Shown one piece after another: positions 35,332 through 46,241 of a stretch of 64,000 nt of DNA. The DNA lies in assembly GCA_001599295.1 (NCBI GenBank), contig BCGN01000003.1, forward strand, positions 186,001 to 250,000. The letters are read 5' to 3'. The first letter of the stretch is position 1, and every line of letters starts with the position of its first letter. This DNA comes from Sporopachydermia quercuum. Lineage: Eukaryota. The notes under the pieces are model-generated. The model saw only the letters and a program-made list of their open reading frames with translations, did not search any database and was not told the DNA's origin. Made by a program: the position numbers and the translations under genes.

Positions 35332-38300
35332 ATGAAGTTTGCCGAGTCTCTCAATGATAATTTGGTGCCAGAATGGCGGTCAAAGTACCTGGATTATAAA
35401 GCAGGGAAGAAAAAGCTGAAGAAACTGTTCAAGTCTAGCGATGTGGTTGTGCCTAATGATGATACTCCTGCAAGTACATTTAAGTATGATTCTCAAACAA
35501 GAACACCTTATACAGCGCTAGCAAAAAGTGCTACTGTTAACGTGGGAACCACTGGAACTGGAACTGGAGCTTTAACTGGAGCTTTAGCTGGTACTGCAGG
35601 CAATGCGACCGGCGTTTCGCCTATGGCTATCTACCATGGAAGACCAATATCGAGCATTCAACTGCCATCACCAGTTATTGACCCAGGTTCTCACATGGGC
35701 TCACACCACGAAAATTTCAACGGTGCCGGCCTCACTGATCGATCTCAACCTCATTCTCCATCTCCCTCCCAGTCTACAACTCCCTCTAGCGCCAATGATT
35801 TTGCAGACGTAGCTAGACACAGTACTCCTTATGTTGCAGGGCCCATTCCCAGCTCTCCTGACCAATCATCTATACCATCAATTCATTCACGTCCGTCGTC
35901 TCCACCGCCGGAGGAAACAAACGATGCCACACCTTTACTGAATTCGGTTAACCCATCTTATACCTCTCCTGACGGTAGAGTCGGTAGACAGAAGAGAACT
36001 GCTACTAATTCCAGCAATTCAAGCCGACGGAACTATTCCCCTGTTCATCCTTCAATGCTTAAACAGTCAATTCTATCAAATGTGCCTGAAGGGTTGCCCT
36101 TAAAGCGGGTAATGACGTTTAAATCGTCAGTCAAGAAAGTAAAAGACAATCTACTTCAATCTGGCTCAACTTTTGGTAATAATGGAGACAGTTCTAATGC
36201 TACTAATGGAGAAATGAGTAGAGCTGCAATCAATCAGTCCATACTAAGAGCTCGGCAACAGGAATTTATCAGCTGGGTCGATAAGGAATTCGATAAGATC
36301 GAGTCTTTCTACAAGCAAAAAGAAGAAGAAGCTATTGAGAGATTCCTTATTTTCCAAGACCAGTTATACCAGTTAAGGGAACATAAACTATCGATCAAAC
36401 GTAAGCAATTGGCTGCTTCTAAAGGTTCGGGATCCGCATCAACAGCGGTTGTCCCTTTTCATCTACCGGCCACTGCAAACACTAGAAGGTTCTTTCCCAG
36501 ACGATTTGAACTGCCTTCCTTGCCGAAATATCTAACTGGGAAAGATAACGATACGCATTTTGAGTATTCAGTTGAGATGAAGCGGAAGAAGAAGCAGGAT
36601 GACGAGGAGATCGAGATTGGGAATATACAGGCCGATAGCACTGGAGTTGGAAAGAGCAGTGAGAACGTGAATGAGGATGAAAGTACTAATGCTAATGCTA
36701 ATGGCCAATGGACTAAAAGGCGTATTAATAGGAACAGTGATGNTTATGGCGATGGTTATGATGATATTANCATTTCTGGCAATAATTCTACCCATGCTAA
36801 TACAATTGCCAACACCAACACCATTACTAATACCTCCAACTCTGAATCTGATTCGGATGATTCAAACGCAGGAAACGCTGAAATNCCTGATTCTAACTCC
36901 TTCCACGCCAGCCAGCTTCCTAACCATGAAGACCCCAACAGCAACTACAAGAAAAGAGACTACCAAAAGAAATACCCCCACTACGAAATCCCCTACATTG
37001 TCGCCAGAAGACAACTAAAAGCAGCCATGATTGAGTTCTATCGTGCTCTAGAACTACTTAAAAACTATAGAATGCTGAATAGAACTGCTTTTCGTAAAAT
37101 AGTAAAGAAGTTCGACAAGGTAACTCATGCTAGATGCTTGCCTGGCTATATGGAAAAAGTCAATACCAGTTATTTCGGCACCAGTTCAATTCTTGATGAT
37201 CTGTTCATAAAAGTAGAAGATTTATACAGCATTTACTTTGAAAACGGGAATAGAAAAATTGCGGTTGAAAAACTACGGTCAAAGATTAAACCAGACGAAT
37301 ACTATGAAGCAACTTTCTCGGGAGGGATGTTGTTGGGTATAGCATTACCATTGTTTATTCAAACTATTGTTATAGGGATTCACGATGCAACCAGTGGGAA
37401 CGACCAATGGGGCATGAAGTTCCTACTGCAGATTTGGGGAGGATTCTTTCTTATTGGATTCTTTCTATTGCTGTTCTCAGTAAATGCCCTTATATTCACC
37501 TCGTACAAAATCAACTACAGATTCGTATTTGAATTTGATCAACGAACCCAACTGGACTATAAACAGTATCTATCGTTGGTTGCATTGTTCATGATGCTGT
37601 TTTCAGTGTTCGCTTGGCTGTCAGTTCATAACTTTTGGTATGAAACGTTTCCTGGCCGGTTTATCCCGCTGATATTCCTTGGGATCTCGTTATTTCTCTT
37701 TCTCATGCCATTTGATGTGCTGTATCTAAGATCCAGAATCTGGACGCTGAATGCACTTTGGAGATTGATGTTTTCCGGGTTTTATCCTGTGGAATTCCGG
37801 GATTTTTTCCTCGGGGATATCTTTTGCTCTTTGACGTATTCCCTGTCCAATCTATCGTTTTTCTTTTGCTTATATGCTACCCATTGGCAAGGAGCATTGT
37901 ACAATAAAGATGAGACGAAATGCGGATCATCACATTCGAGAACTATGGGATTTCTTGCTTGTTTGCCGTCAATTTGGAGATTTCTCCAGTGTATTAGAAG
38001 ATACCTGGATTCTGGTGACTGGTTCCCTCATTTAGCGAACATGGTCAAGTTTGGCTGTGGGATTGCTGCTAATATGACGCTGAGTATTTGGAGAATCAAC
38101 AAAACTGTTGAGAACAAAGCATTGTTTATCCTCTTTTCCAGTATAAATTCCATTTATTGCAGTATGTGGGATGTCCTGATGGACTGGTCATTATTCCAGC
38201 CGGATTCAAAGAACTATTTGCTGAGAGATCAAATAGCATTTAAGAAACATTGGCCTTATTATGCTGCTGTTGTTACTGATGTTGTATTGAGATTCAATTG

Positions 38301-38940
38301 GATATTCTATGCAGTGTTGCCATCGTTCGTTCAGCAGTCTGCTTATTTGTCGTTTGTATTGGCAGTCTCTGAAGTGATCAGACGAAGTGTATGGGTAATT
38401 TTCAGAATGGAAAACGAACACTGTACTAATATCCTTTTGTCAAGAGCAGCTAGAGACTTGCCATTACCTTATCCTGTTATCAAACGAGTATCTTTGGCTC
38501 ATGGTGACACTGGACATAAAGGTAGTTCTAGGGATCTGCTCGAGGAAATTTGCCACGGCGAGGTCAGTGGTGAATCTCGTCCAGGGTTTGCAATGGGTTT
38601 TGATTCTGGACATGAAGAATTTCTTGGTGAAGGGAAAAATGAAGCGACGACGGAAAGAAGGGCATCATTTCGTGATAGTGATATGCATTCAATCCATTCA
38701 ATGGTAAGTGAAATGTCGCATATTTCNGGTGTTGAAGAGCCTGAAGAGGAGGGAGAGAATGAAGGTATGCCGGTGATGACATTATTACGTAGAGCCATGA
38801 CTCAAGCACACGCAAAGGACTTCCAAAGAAGAAAACCAGAACACCAAGATCATCAAAGTAATGATAGTTCAGATGATGAAAGAAGTGACGAAGATGAGGA
38901 AGAAGAAGTGATGTCTTATGATCCAAGCATGGGATGTTAG
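35332..38940 (+). CDS. SYG1: SPX-EXS protein Syg1 (XPR1-like phosphate exporter)
   Basis: MKFA..LVPEWRSKYLDYK and LNRTAFRKIVKKFDK SPX motifs; VEFRDFFLGD, WRFLQCIRRY and IFRMENEH EXS motifs. Confidence 0.95.
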   Translation: MKFAESLNDNLVPEWRSKYLDYKAGKKKLKKLFKSSDVVVPNDDTPASTFKYDSQTRTPYTALAKSATVNVGTTGTGTGALTGALAGTAGNATGVSPMAIYHGRPISSIQLPSPVIDPGSHMGSHHENFNGAGLTDRSQPHSPSPSQSTTPSSANDFADVARHSTPYVAGPIPSSPDQSSIPSIHSRPSSPPPEETNDATPLLNSVNPSYTSPDGRVGRQKRTATNSSNSSRRNYSPVHPSMLKQSILSNVPEGLPLKRVMTFKSSVKKVKDNLLQSGSTFGNNGDSSNATNGEMSRAAINQSILRARQQEFISWVDKEFDKIESFYKQKEEEAIERFLIFQDQLYQLREHKLSIKRKQLAASKGSGSASTAVVPFHLPATANTRRFFPRRFELPSLPKYLTGKDNDTHFEYSVEMKRKKKQDDEEIEIGNIQADSTGVGKSSENVNEDESTNANANGQWTKRRINRNSDXYGDGYDDIXISGNNSTHANTIANTNTITNTSNSESDSDDSNAGNAEXPDSNSFHASQLPNHEDPNSNYKKRDYQKKYPHYEIPYIVARRQLKAAMIEFYRALELLKNYRMLNRTAFRKIVKKFDKVTHARCLPGYMEKVNTSYFGTSSILDDLFIKVEDLYSIYFENGNRKIAVEKLRSKIKPDEYYEATFSGGMLLGIALPLFIQTIVIGIHDATSGNDQWGMKFLLQIWGGFFLIGFFLLLFSVNALIFTSYKINYRFVFEFDQRTQLDYKQYLSLVALFMMLFSVFAWLSVHNFWYETFPGRFIPLIFLGISLFLFLMPFDVLYLRSRIWTLNALWRLMFSGFYPVEFRDFFLGDIFCSLTYSLSNLSFFFCLYATHWQGALYNKDETKCGSSHSRTMGFLACLPSIWRFLQCIRRYLDSGDWFPHLANMVKFGCGIAANMTLSIWRINKTVENKALFILFSSINSIYCSMWDVLMDWSLFQPDSKNYLLRDQIAFKKHWPYYAAVVTDVVLRFNWIFYAVLPSFVQQSAYLSFVLAVSEVIRRSVWVIFRMENEHCTNILLSRAARDLPLPYPVIKRVSLAHGDTGHKGSSRDLLEEICHGEVSGESRPGFAMGFDSGHEEFLGEGKNEATTERRASFRDSDMHSIHSMVSEMSHIXGVEEPEEEGENEGMPVMTLLRRAMTQAHAKDFQRRKPEHQDHQSNDSSDDERSDEDEEEEVMSYDPSMGC

Positions 38941-39484
38941 GTACTTATTTGGTTGTATATATGTAGATATATGAGATAATTTATATATCTTACGATGTAA
39001 ATGTAACAGAAATACAGATTAATTAGAATAGAAGGCAGAAAGGAGAATTGTAGATTTGAGATTGGGAATCATTGGCACATATATCTGTATTTCATGCATT
39101 GTTAGTGTGTCAGTTTTGCAAGAAATATGTAATTATATGCAATATCAGCAGTTTCCAAGAACCTCGCATATCACTTCCAAGCTCCGTATTGGGTATCCTG
39201 GATATCTTGGATGAAACACTGTCATTGGATCATTATTTCAATACCTATTGACGTTCAACATTGAAAGTATCATTACAATATATAAGCTAGAGTCAATTAA
39301 CTACTGGAAATTCCCTTTCCTATATCAATAGATATAACATGTGATTGTCTATAAATCATCAATCCAGCTGATGAGAAGGCCAATACTGCTAGTCAATGAA
39401 CTGGAAAACATAATCCTTTAAGAATGGAACTGTAAGATTAACCAGAGGAGCGTGAAAAACATCCACAAACAATAATACTCAAGT

Positions 39485-40267
39485 CTATACATATAGTAAT
39501 CCACCGTTAGCATTGATTGTTGAACCACTGCACCAGCGGCATTCTTCAGTACATAAAAATGCAACCAAGGGAACAATATCTTCCACCTTACCAAGTCTCG
39601 CATCAGCTGCAGGACCAGGATTGGAGACGTACATATCCAATACGTCCGGTTCTTCGGGAGCTGTTTCCGTCCACATATCAGTATCAATAGGCCCAGGGTT
39701 TACACAATTCACAACGGTTCCTGCACATGATTCTTTTCTTCCCAGTTCTCTTGCCCATACCTTAGCAACACCTTCTAATGCAGCCTTTGATGCTGCATAG
39801 ACAGTAGAATATGGATACCCACCTCTAGCGGAGATTGATGATAAGAGCACTATTCTAGATTTCTTGTCAAGATAAGGTAAAACCGCTTGTTGAAGGAAAA
39901 TAATTGATTTAAGATTAATACCCATTTGAAGATCATAGAATTCTTCAGTTATGGCATCTAACGCTGCATCCGGGCCATAACCAGCATTATGGACAACAAT
40001 GTTAATTTTACCATCGGAACTTATCTTTAAAGCGGCATCTACAATCTTTGGAATTTCTGAAACCCTTGATAGATCTGCTCTAACAATGATAGCTTTGCTA
40101 CCGAGTTTTTCGATTTCTTCTTTAACTGCAGCAGCCTTGACTGCTGATGACTCTGACGTATAATTAATGACAACATTGGCACCTTTTTTTGCTAGGCCAA
40201 CTGCAATTCCAGCCCCAATACCTCTGGAAGATCCAGTGACAATTGCTGTTTTCCCCTCTAGACTCAT
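39485..40267 (-). CDS. Classical short-chain dehydrogenase/reductase (FabG-like)
   Basis: TGSSRGIG, NAG, YAASK, VNPGPIDT. Confidence 0.92.
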   Translation of the reverse strand: MSLEGKTAIVTGSSRGIGAGIAVGLAKKGANVVINYTSESSAVKAAAVKEEIEKLGSKAIIVRADLSRVSEIPKIVDAALKISSDGKINIVVHNAGYGPDAALDAITEEFYDLQMGINLKSIIFLQQAVLPYLDKKSRIVLLSSISARGGYPYSTVYAASKAALEGVAKVWARELGRKESCAGTVVNCVNPGPIDTDMWTETAPEEPDVLDMYVSNPGPAADARLGKVEDIVPLVAFLCTEECRWCSGSTINANGGLLYV

Positions 40268-41149
40268 GCTTGTTCTTGTAAAGATCTAGTACTAATGCTA
40301 ACTCTGTCACGGATAATATCTCACTAACAACAACAAAATATCAATTCAAACCGAAACCTATATCAACATATCTTCAACTAAACAGAAAAGAAAAAAAGAG
40401 AGAAACAGTATTCCCTGTCGGTAATTTTATATTACATACGGTCTCTTTTATATATTTATATATCATAGAACTATCGTTTATCCCATCCTCAATTGAAAAG
40501 ATAAGCAAAGTTGGAACGTGATAGCAGATGTTCCTTTTTCACTATAAAATTCCTTATCGGTAAATATCTTTCAACTTTTCATGCACGCTTATGCAGGATT
40601 AGGTTCCAACTTGCCAAATTCAAACTTAACGAGGAACTTGCCGTTTTAAGTAAGTAAATAGGCGTCTGCTCGGCGGTAATTTCAGTAGGAGAATCCAGGT
40701 TTTTACTGCTATGTTAGGGCATATTAGGCTATGGATATCACTATATTCTTATGACAATATGAGATTTTCAGTGTTTTGTACTCTATCAGCAATATCAGTA
40801 GGTATTAGTACAAAAAATGTGTATTGTTAATGTATTCTAAGGATTACTTGCATGATCAGTAAAATATGATATAATATTACTCTTGTAGTGGGTGATTATA
40901 TGCCCATTCACTATCTTAGGTCAGCGATGGAATTTGTTCCAAAATGTGATTGATATTATCATGCATTTATAGTATGCTTTTCTTCAAATTTGATAGTCTG
41001 TTTAACCTAACAAAGAAATTATCAGCAAAGCTGCGCAAATGAGGCGCACTACATTCATCTTTGTTCTTTCATTACTTTAAAAAGTGTTTGGAAACTTGGA
41101 AGAGATAAAACAGTTGNCAACTAAGACTTTAGCATAGATCGTGACTGTA

Positions 41150-42720
41150 TTACGTTGCTTCAAGTTTTGTTACTCTTTCTGTAAGATCTTGAACCCAGGT
41201 CTGAATTGTTTCTCGATTTTCTTGTCGTTTAGCAAATACTTCGACGAGCTTTTCCTGTACTACTCCAAGGCTTTTTGTCCAATCTTGAATACCCTTTTCC
41301 ATTGCTTCCATTCTATTCTCAACGGTCTTTGCCTCTGACAATACACCAACAGCATCAGAATGAATAATCTCCAAAGATTTCAGCCTCTCTGCAATCATGG
41401 GAATGCTTTTAGCTAAACTTTCAATCTGACCTTTCTTACTGGAAAGCTCCTCTATTTTAGTTGCCAGTGATTTGTTTATTCCAACAGTTTCTTCTGGCGT
41501 CTTCTCTACATTCTCCCCATTTGGAGCTGTTGAAACACCTTCGGTAAGAATATGGGAATTTATACTGCTAACTCTTGTTTTTGCTTGAGCTTGGGCTAAG
41601 GCACCCGATACAACTCTACGATTACTTCTTATATTCTTCATAGTATCAGCAAGATTTCTTGCACTCAACACCTTTTCAGCCTGTAGATTCAACTCCTGTA
41701 ACCTATCTGACACCTTTGATAAAGCTTCTGAGGATGTATCAATCATTTCTAATCTTCTTGAGATATCGTCGAGTTTCATTTGAATAGGGATTGCCTCAAA
41801 ATTCTCACCATTGCCTATATCTGAGAACTCTTCTGATGTACCAATCAATGATTCCAATCTGGTCAATTTCTTTTCAAGATCCAAGAATTTAGTTGCTGAT
41901 TCTGAGATGGATTTACTTTCTTTGGCCTTATCTATAGCTTGTTGGTTCTTGCTTGACCATGGGAGTTTGCTTGTATCAGGCAAAGGTCCTAGCTGTTCAA
42001 AGAATTTAATCGTCAGCTTTTCGCTCGATTTGTCTGATTGCTTTTTATCTAAATCTTCTAAATCTCGAGCAAGAGCCGATATGCTCTTCTTACTTTCAGA
42101 ACTGAGTATGCTTGAGTTCTCATAACTTTCCAACGCTTGAAGTTCTTTCAATTCTCGCTGCAACCGACATATACGAGCTTCAGCAGTTTCTTGTTCTGAA
42201 ATTTTGTGAACATGGAAACTTTGAGTTACGGGATCATAAGAATCTAGCAGGCTTTCTGAATAATTAGTGTCTTTTGATCTGACGATTGCGAACTCGATTT
42301 CTTTTCGAGATTGACTCTCGGTTATAATATCTGGATTTGAAGATTCTTCATTTGATTGTTCTTGTTCAGACTCCTTCAGAAGAATTACATGTCAGTAGAG
42401 GAAACATAAATAGTTATAGCTAATCGGTTATAACCCGTATAAATACCATGAGTTTATCGAGTTCACCGCACTTTAATTCATGCTTATACTCATAGCTAAT
42501 TATTGCTAAATACATACCTCAATGTCTTCTGTCTCGTAGACCTCTTTCGATTCCCAATCCTTATAAGTATTTGTTAGCTGTCTTTCTTCGACATACTCAA
42601 TTGAAAATAAGAAAATTCCCTATCAATCCTTTCCTATTCAACTTCCTGGATTCCATGTAATCTTTTTTTTCTACTTACAATCCCAGGTAGATCCTTGAAC
42701 TTTTCTACATTTGCTGTCAT
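41150..42720 (-). CDS. JNM1: Dynactin p50/dynamitin; exons 42720-42679, 42559-42518, 42373-41150
   Basis: Spliced N-terminus KFKDLPGIDWESKEVYET, then ETAEARICRLQRELKEL and IAERLKSLEIIH dynamitin motifs. Head-to-head with HER2, as for S. cerevisiae YMR293C/YMR294W. Confidence 0.88.
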
Positions 42721-42743
42721 CTTAGTATAGAGGAGTACGCGTC

Positions 42744-42767
42744 TGACCATTGACCATTGACCATTGA
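42744..42767. repeat. 7-bp tandem repeat (TGACCAT)x3+ next to an ACGCGT (42737) just upstream of the JNM1 ATG
   Basis: Read directly. Confidence 0.85.
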
Positions 42768-43377
42768 AGCTTACTTCAAGTTACGACCAACCTGCTATCA
42801 GACGCACTGCCTTCAACCCTTTCAAGTGCTATTCACTCTCCAGTTTCACAGTTGGACATTAACCGAGTACAGTGATGTATGCAACAAACAGACAAACCTG
42901 TTGTCGATACAAAGAATATGCTTGCGGGTTCCTATCGAATTGTCTCAAAACAGATAATTCATGGTACTGTATTATGGTTCTAGTCTTGTCTAAGCGTTAT
43001 GCAGATATATGCTCCATCTGCACTAAAAATCTTAGTGCTTGATTCTTGCATAGTCATGCAGTTTCGTCAAGTNNATAATAGGGACACTTTCGAAAGAAAC
43101 TGTCCGATTGCATACTCCTAGCATCTTTTATTGATGACGTAATAAATCACCTATAACTAAAGACGAGACGGGAAGTGTTCTCACCTTATTTGGCTCTATC
43201 ATCAGCTCGCCGGAAGTCATCATTCTCACTTTCATTCGGATGTTCCGATGGCTTTCTCGATGTCTTCTTCCTTCTTGATATAAGCGGGAAGGCTCTGAAG
43301 ACATTCACTAAAATCTCTCGATTGTAGCATTCTTTGCTTAAGTGTACTAGCTTTTGAACTGGAGTTCTCCCTCTACT

Positions 43378-45540
43378 ATGCATTTATCAAAAGCAATCTC
43401 CAAGCTGGGTTCTATCGAATCTATAAACAGCAAGTACAGAATATTTACTTACATTAGACCAACTGAAGCAACTAAAAAAGAATTCTTTAAGCAGAAAAAT
43501 GGAAAGGGTATGTTATTCTCGATGGATTTTGCGTTCGTTTGCTTTATTAGAACTGATCTATGATGGGTTCAAGCGTAACTATTGTACTTTAGTACTAACA
43601 TACGTTCGGTTCCTAGGTCCTTTGAAAGGTACAATAGTAGCTATAAAAGATAATATCTGTACCAAAGATGAACTTACGACTTGTTCATCAAAGATTTTGG
43701 AAGGTTTGTTTAGGATCTTTTTAAGTCAAGTTACCAAAAGACTGGACAATTAGATAATTATTGTGAATGAGGTATTGAGTTAATGAGTTAGTTACTCATA
43801 TTTTGCTCATATGACTTAACCTTGTCATTCACTGTATTATTCATCTTCTAACAAGGAAATACCAGATTATAAACCACCTTTCAATGCTACTGCCGTCGCA
43901 CTCTTAGAAGAAGCAAGTGCAACCGCTGTTGGTAAAACTAACATGGATGAGTTTGGAATGGGATCAGCAGGTCTCAATTCTGTCTACAAGCCAACTATCA
44001 ATCCTATTAGTGAAGAAGGAACGGAATTATCTGCTGGTGGATCAAGCAGTGGAAGTGCAGCTGCTGTCGCTGCTGATCTATGCGATTTGTATGTATCCTT
44101 CACTAGAAAGCACCAATAATGTCTTGTAACTTCTCTTCCAGTACTCTCTTAGTGCAGCTTCAGCATAGAACATTACCCACTCTCAAGTATCATTGTATCG
44201 TATCAACTAACAATTAACTTATAGTGCTTTAGGAACTGACACAGGAGGCTCAGTGAGACTTCCTGCTGCTTACTGCGGAGTACTAGGATTCAAACCTTCG
44301 TATGGAAGAATTTCTCGATGGGGTGTAATTCCCTATGCCGAAAGCTTAGACACCGTTGGAATATTATCCAAGAATCTCGATCTGGTAAAAAGCGTCTATG
44401 GTAAGTCGAATTTGAGCTTGTTAACAGATATCAATAATTGTCGTATTTCTCTTTCATTTTCTCCTTCCTTCCTTCCCTTTCCCTCGTTCTAACATTTACT
44501 CCTCCTCTATCTACAGATGTACTAGATAACCATGATGCTAAAGATCCAACATCTATCACTACCAAACTGCGAGAGGAAATAGAAGAAAAAGTCTCAAATT
44601 ATAAACCAAATAAATTACGAATTGGAGTCCCTTTGGAATTGAACTCTTTTAAACAAAACCCTGAAATCAAACAAGCATTCTCATATCTCCTCAAGAGGAT
44701 ACTCAAGAACAACCTGGCTGAAATCGTCCCTATATCATTATATTCTACAACATATGCCTTATCTGCTTATTATGTAATTGCTCCTTCAGAAGCTTCCTCT
44801 AGTCTTGCTAGATATGATGGTATAAGATATGGATATAGAGCTGAGGATGACCTTCAAGATGATGTATTATATGCACCTACTCGTACGGCATTTGGTTCTG
44901 AAGTAAAAAGGCGTATTTTATTGGGTACTTATAATTTAAGTGCAGAGTAAGTATTTAGTTATTATCATGGACATAATGCTTTTCATCATAAGTATTATGT
45001 CTATTACTACTACTATTTTTTTATTTTTTATTTTTTATTTTCGTTGTGATATTTTTATCAATATTAATATCATTCTAAATTAAGATACTAACGGACGAAT
45101 TCAGAGGATATGACAATCATTATTTGAAAGCGCAAGAGGTAAGAAGTGTATTAAGGACAGAATTGAACCACTATTTTGCTCTGCCAAATCCTTTCAGAAC
45201 TTATAACCATGAAGGAAAATCAACCGAATATACTGATTCCAGTGGTGAGTTCATATCATACTTCAAATCGGAGACAAAAGATAACGGTATTGATTTTATA
45301 TTACTACCTACTGCAGCAGATTTTGCTCCTACATTAGAAGATGCTGAAAACCAATCGCCGGAAGTTCAATTTTCAACTGATTTGTTAACAGTTATTTCAT
45401 CGTTGGCTGGATTGCCAACAATTAGTATACCATTAGCTATTGCTAATAGATCACCAAGTGGACAAACAGCAGGTGTCCAATTGATTGGCCAAGTTGGTGA
45501 TGATAGAAGAGTATTAGAATATGCAGAATGTTTGTTATAG
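43378..45540 (+). CDS. HER2: Mitochondrial Glu-tRNA(Gln) amidotransferase subunit A; exons 43378-43507, 43617-43703, 43866-44088, 44225-44400, 44517-44946, 45105-45540
   Basis: Amidase signature restored by splicing: [65 protein letters not shown]. Confidence 0.93.
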
Positions 45541-46241
45541 AACGCTGGGAGACAAATATTCGTCCTTGTAAATAGAAATTGTGTATGATTATACGAGAAT
45601 TATATGGGAATCATATTAATTGCAATAGTAATNGAATTCGTAATGACTATATATAAAAGAAGACGTTACCACGGTATCATACGAGATACTTTTGTCAAAC
45701 ATGTTCTTATTTGATTTCCTTTGTTTTGTTGATATTTGATGATGGTGGTGTTGATAGTACTATAGTCGTTGCTTTTACTATTGATATATAGCAAAATATA
45801 CTCACTTCATGCAATATTCCTTTCCATTCCTTATGATTATAAGTAGAATCCTTTGAAACGAACCACGAATAATTGATCTCTATAATCACGCCTTATGTTA
45901 TTCATTATTGAATTATTGTTATTCAATATTGGTCTTGAATCAAACAACAATGTCAGCAGCTACAAAGCTCCTAATAGCTTCATACAGTTGAATGCTAATG
46001 CAGCTTTGTCAAACACTTCATCATTCGCAATTAAATGATAAATCATACAAACCAGTGTCTTAGTTAGAGACTAAGATATATTATATTAGCTCACATACAC
46101 TACAACAAACCTATCAATACATAATACCATACTATATAATATGGTGTATAATATAGTACCATTGTAGAATATTATACCATATAGCATAGGTGTAAACCCA
46201 TCAATCATATTTATCACATCCCATATTATTTCATAAAAAAA

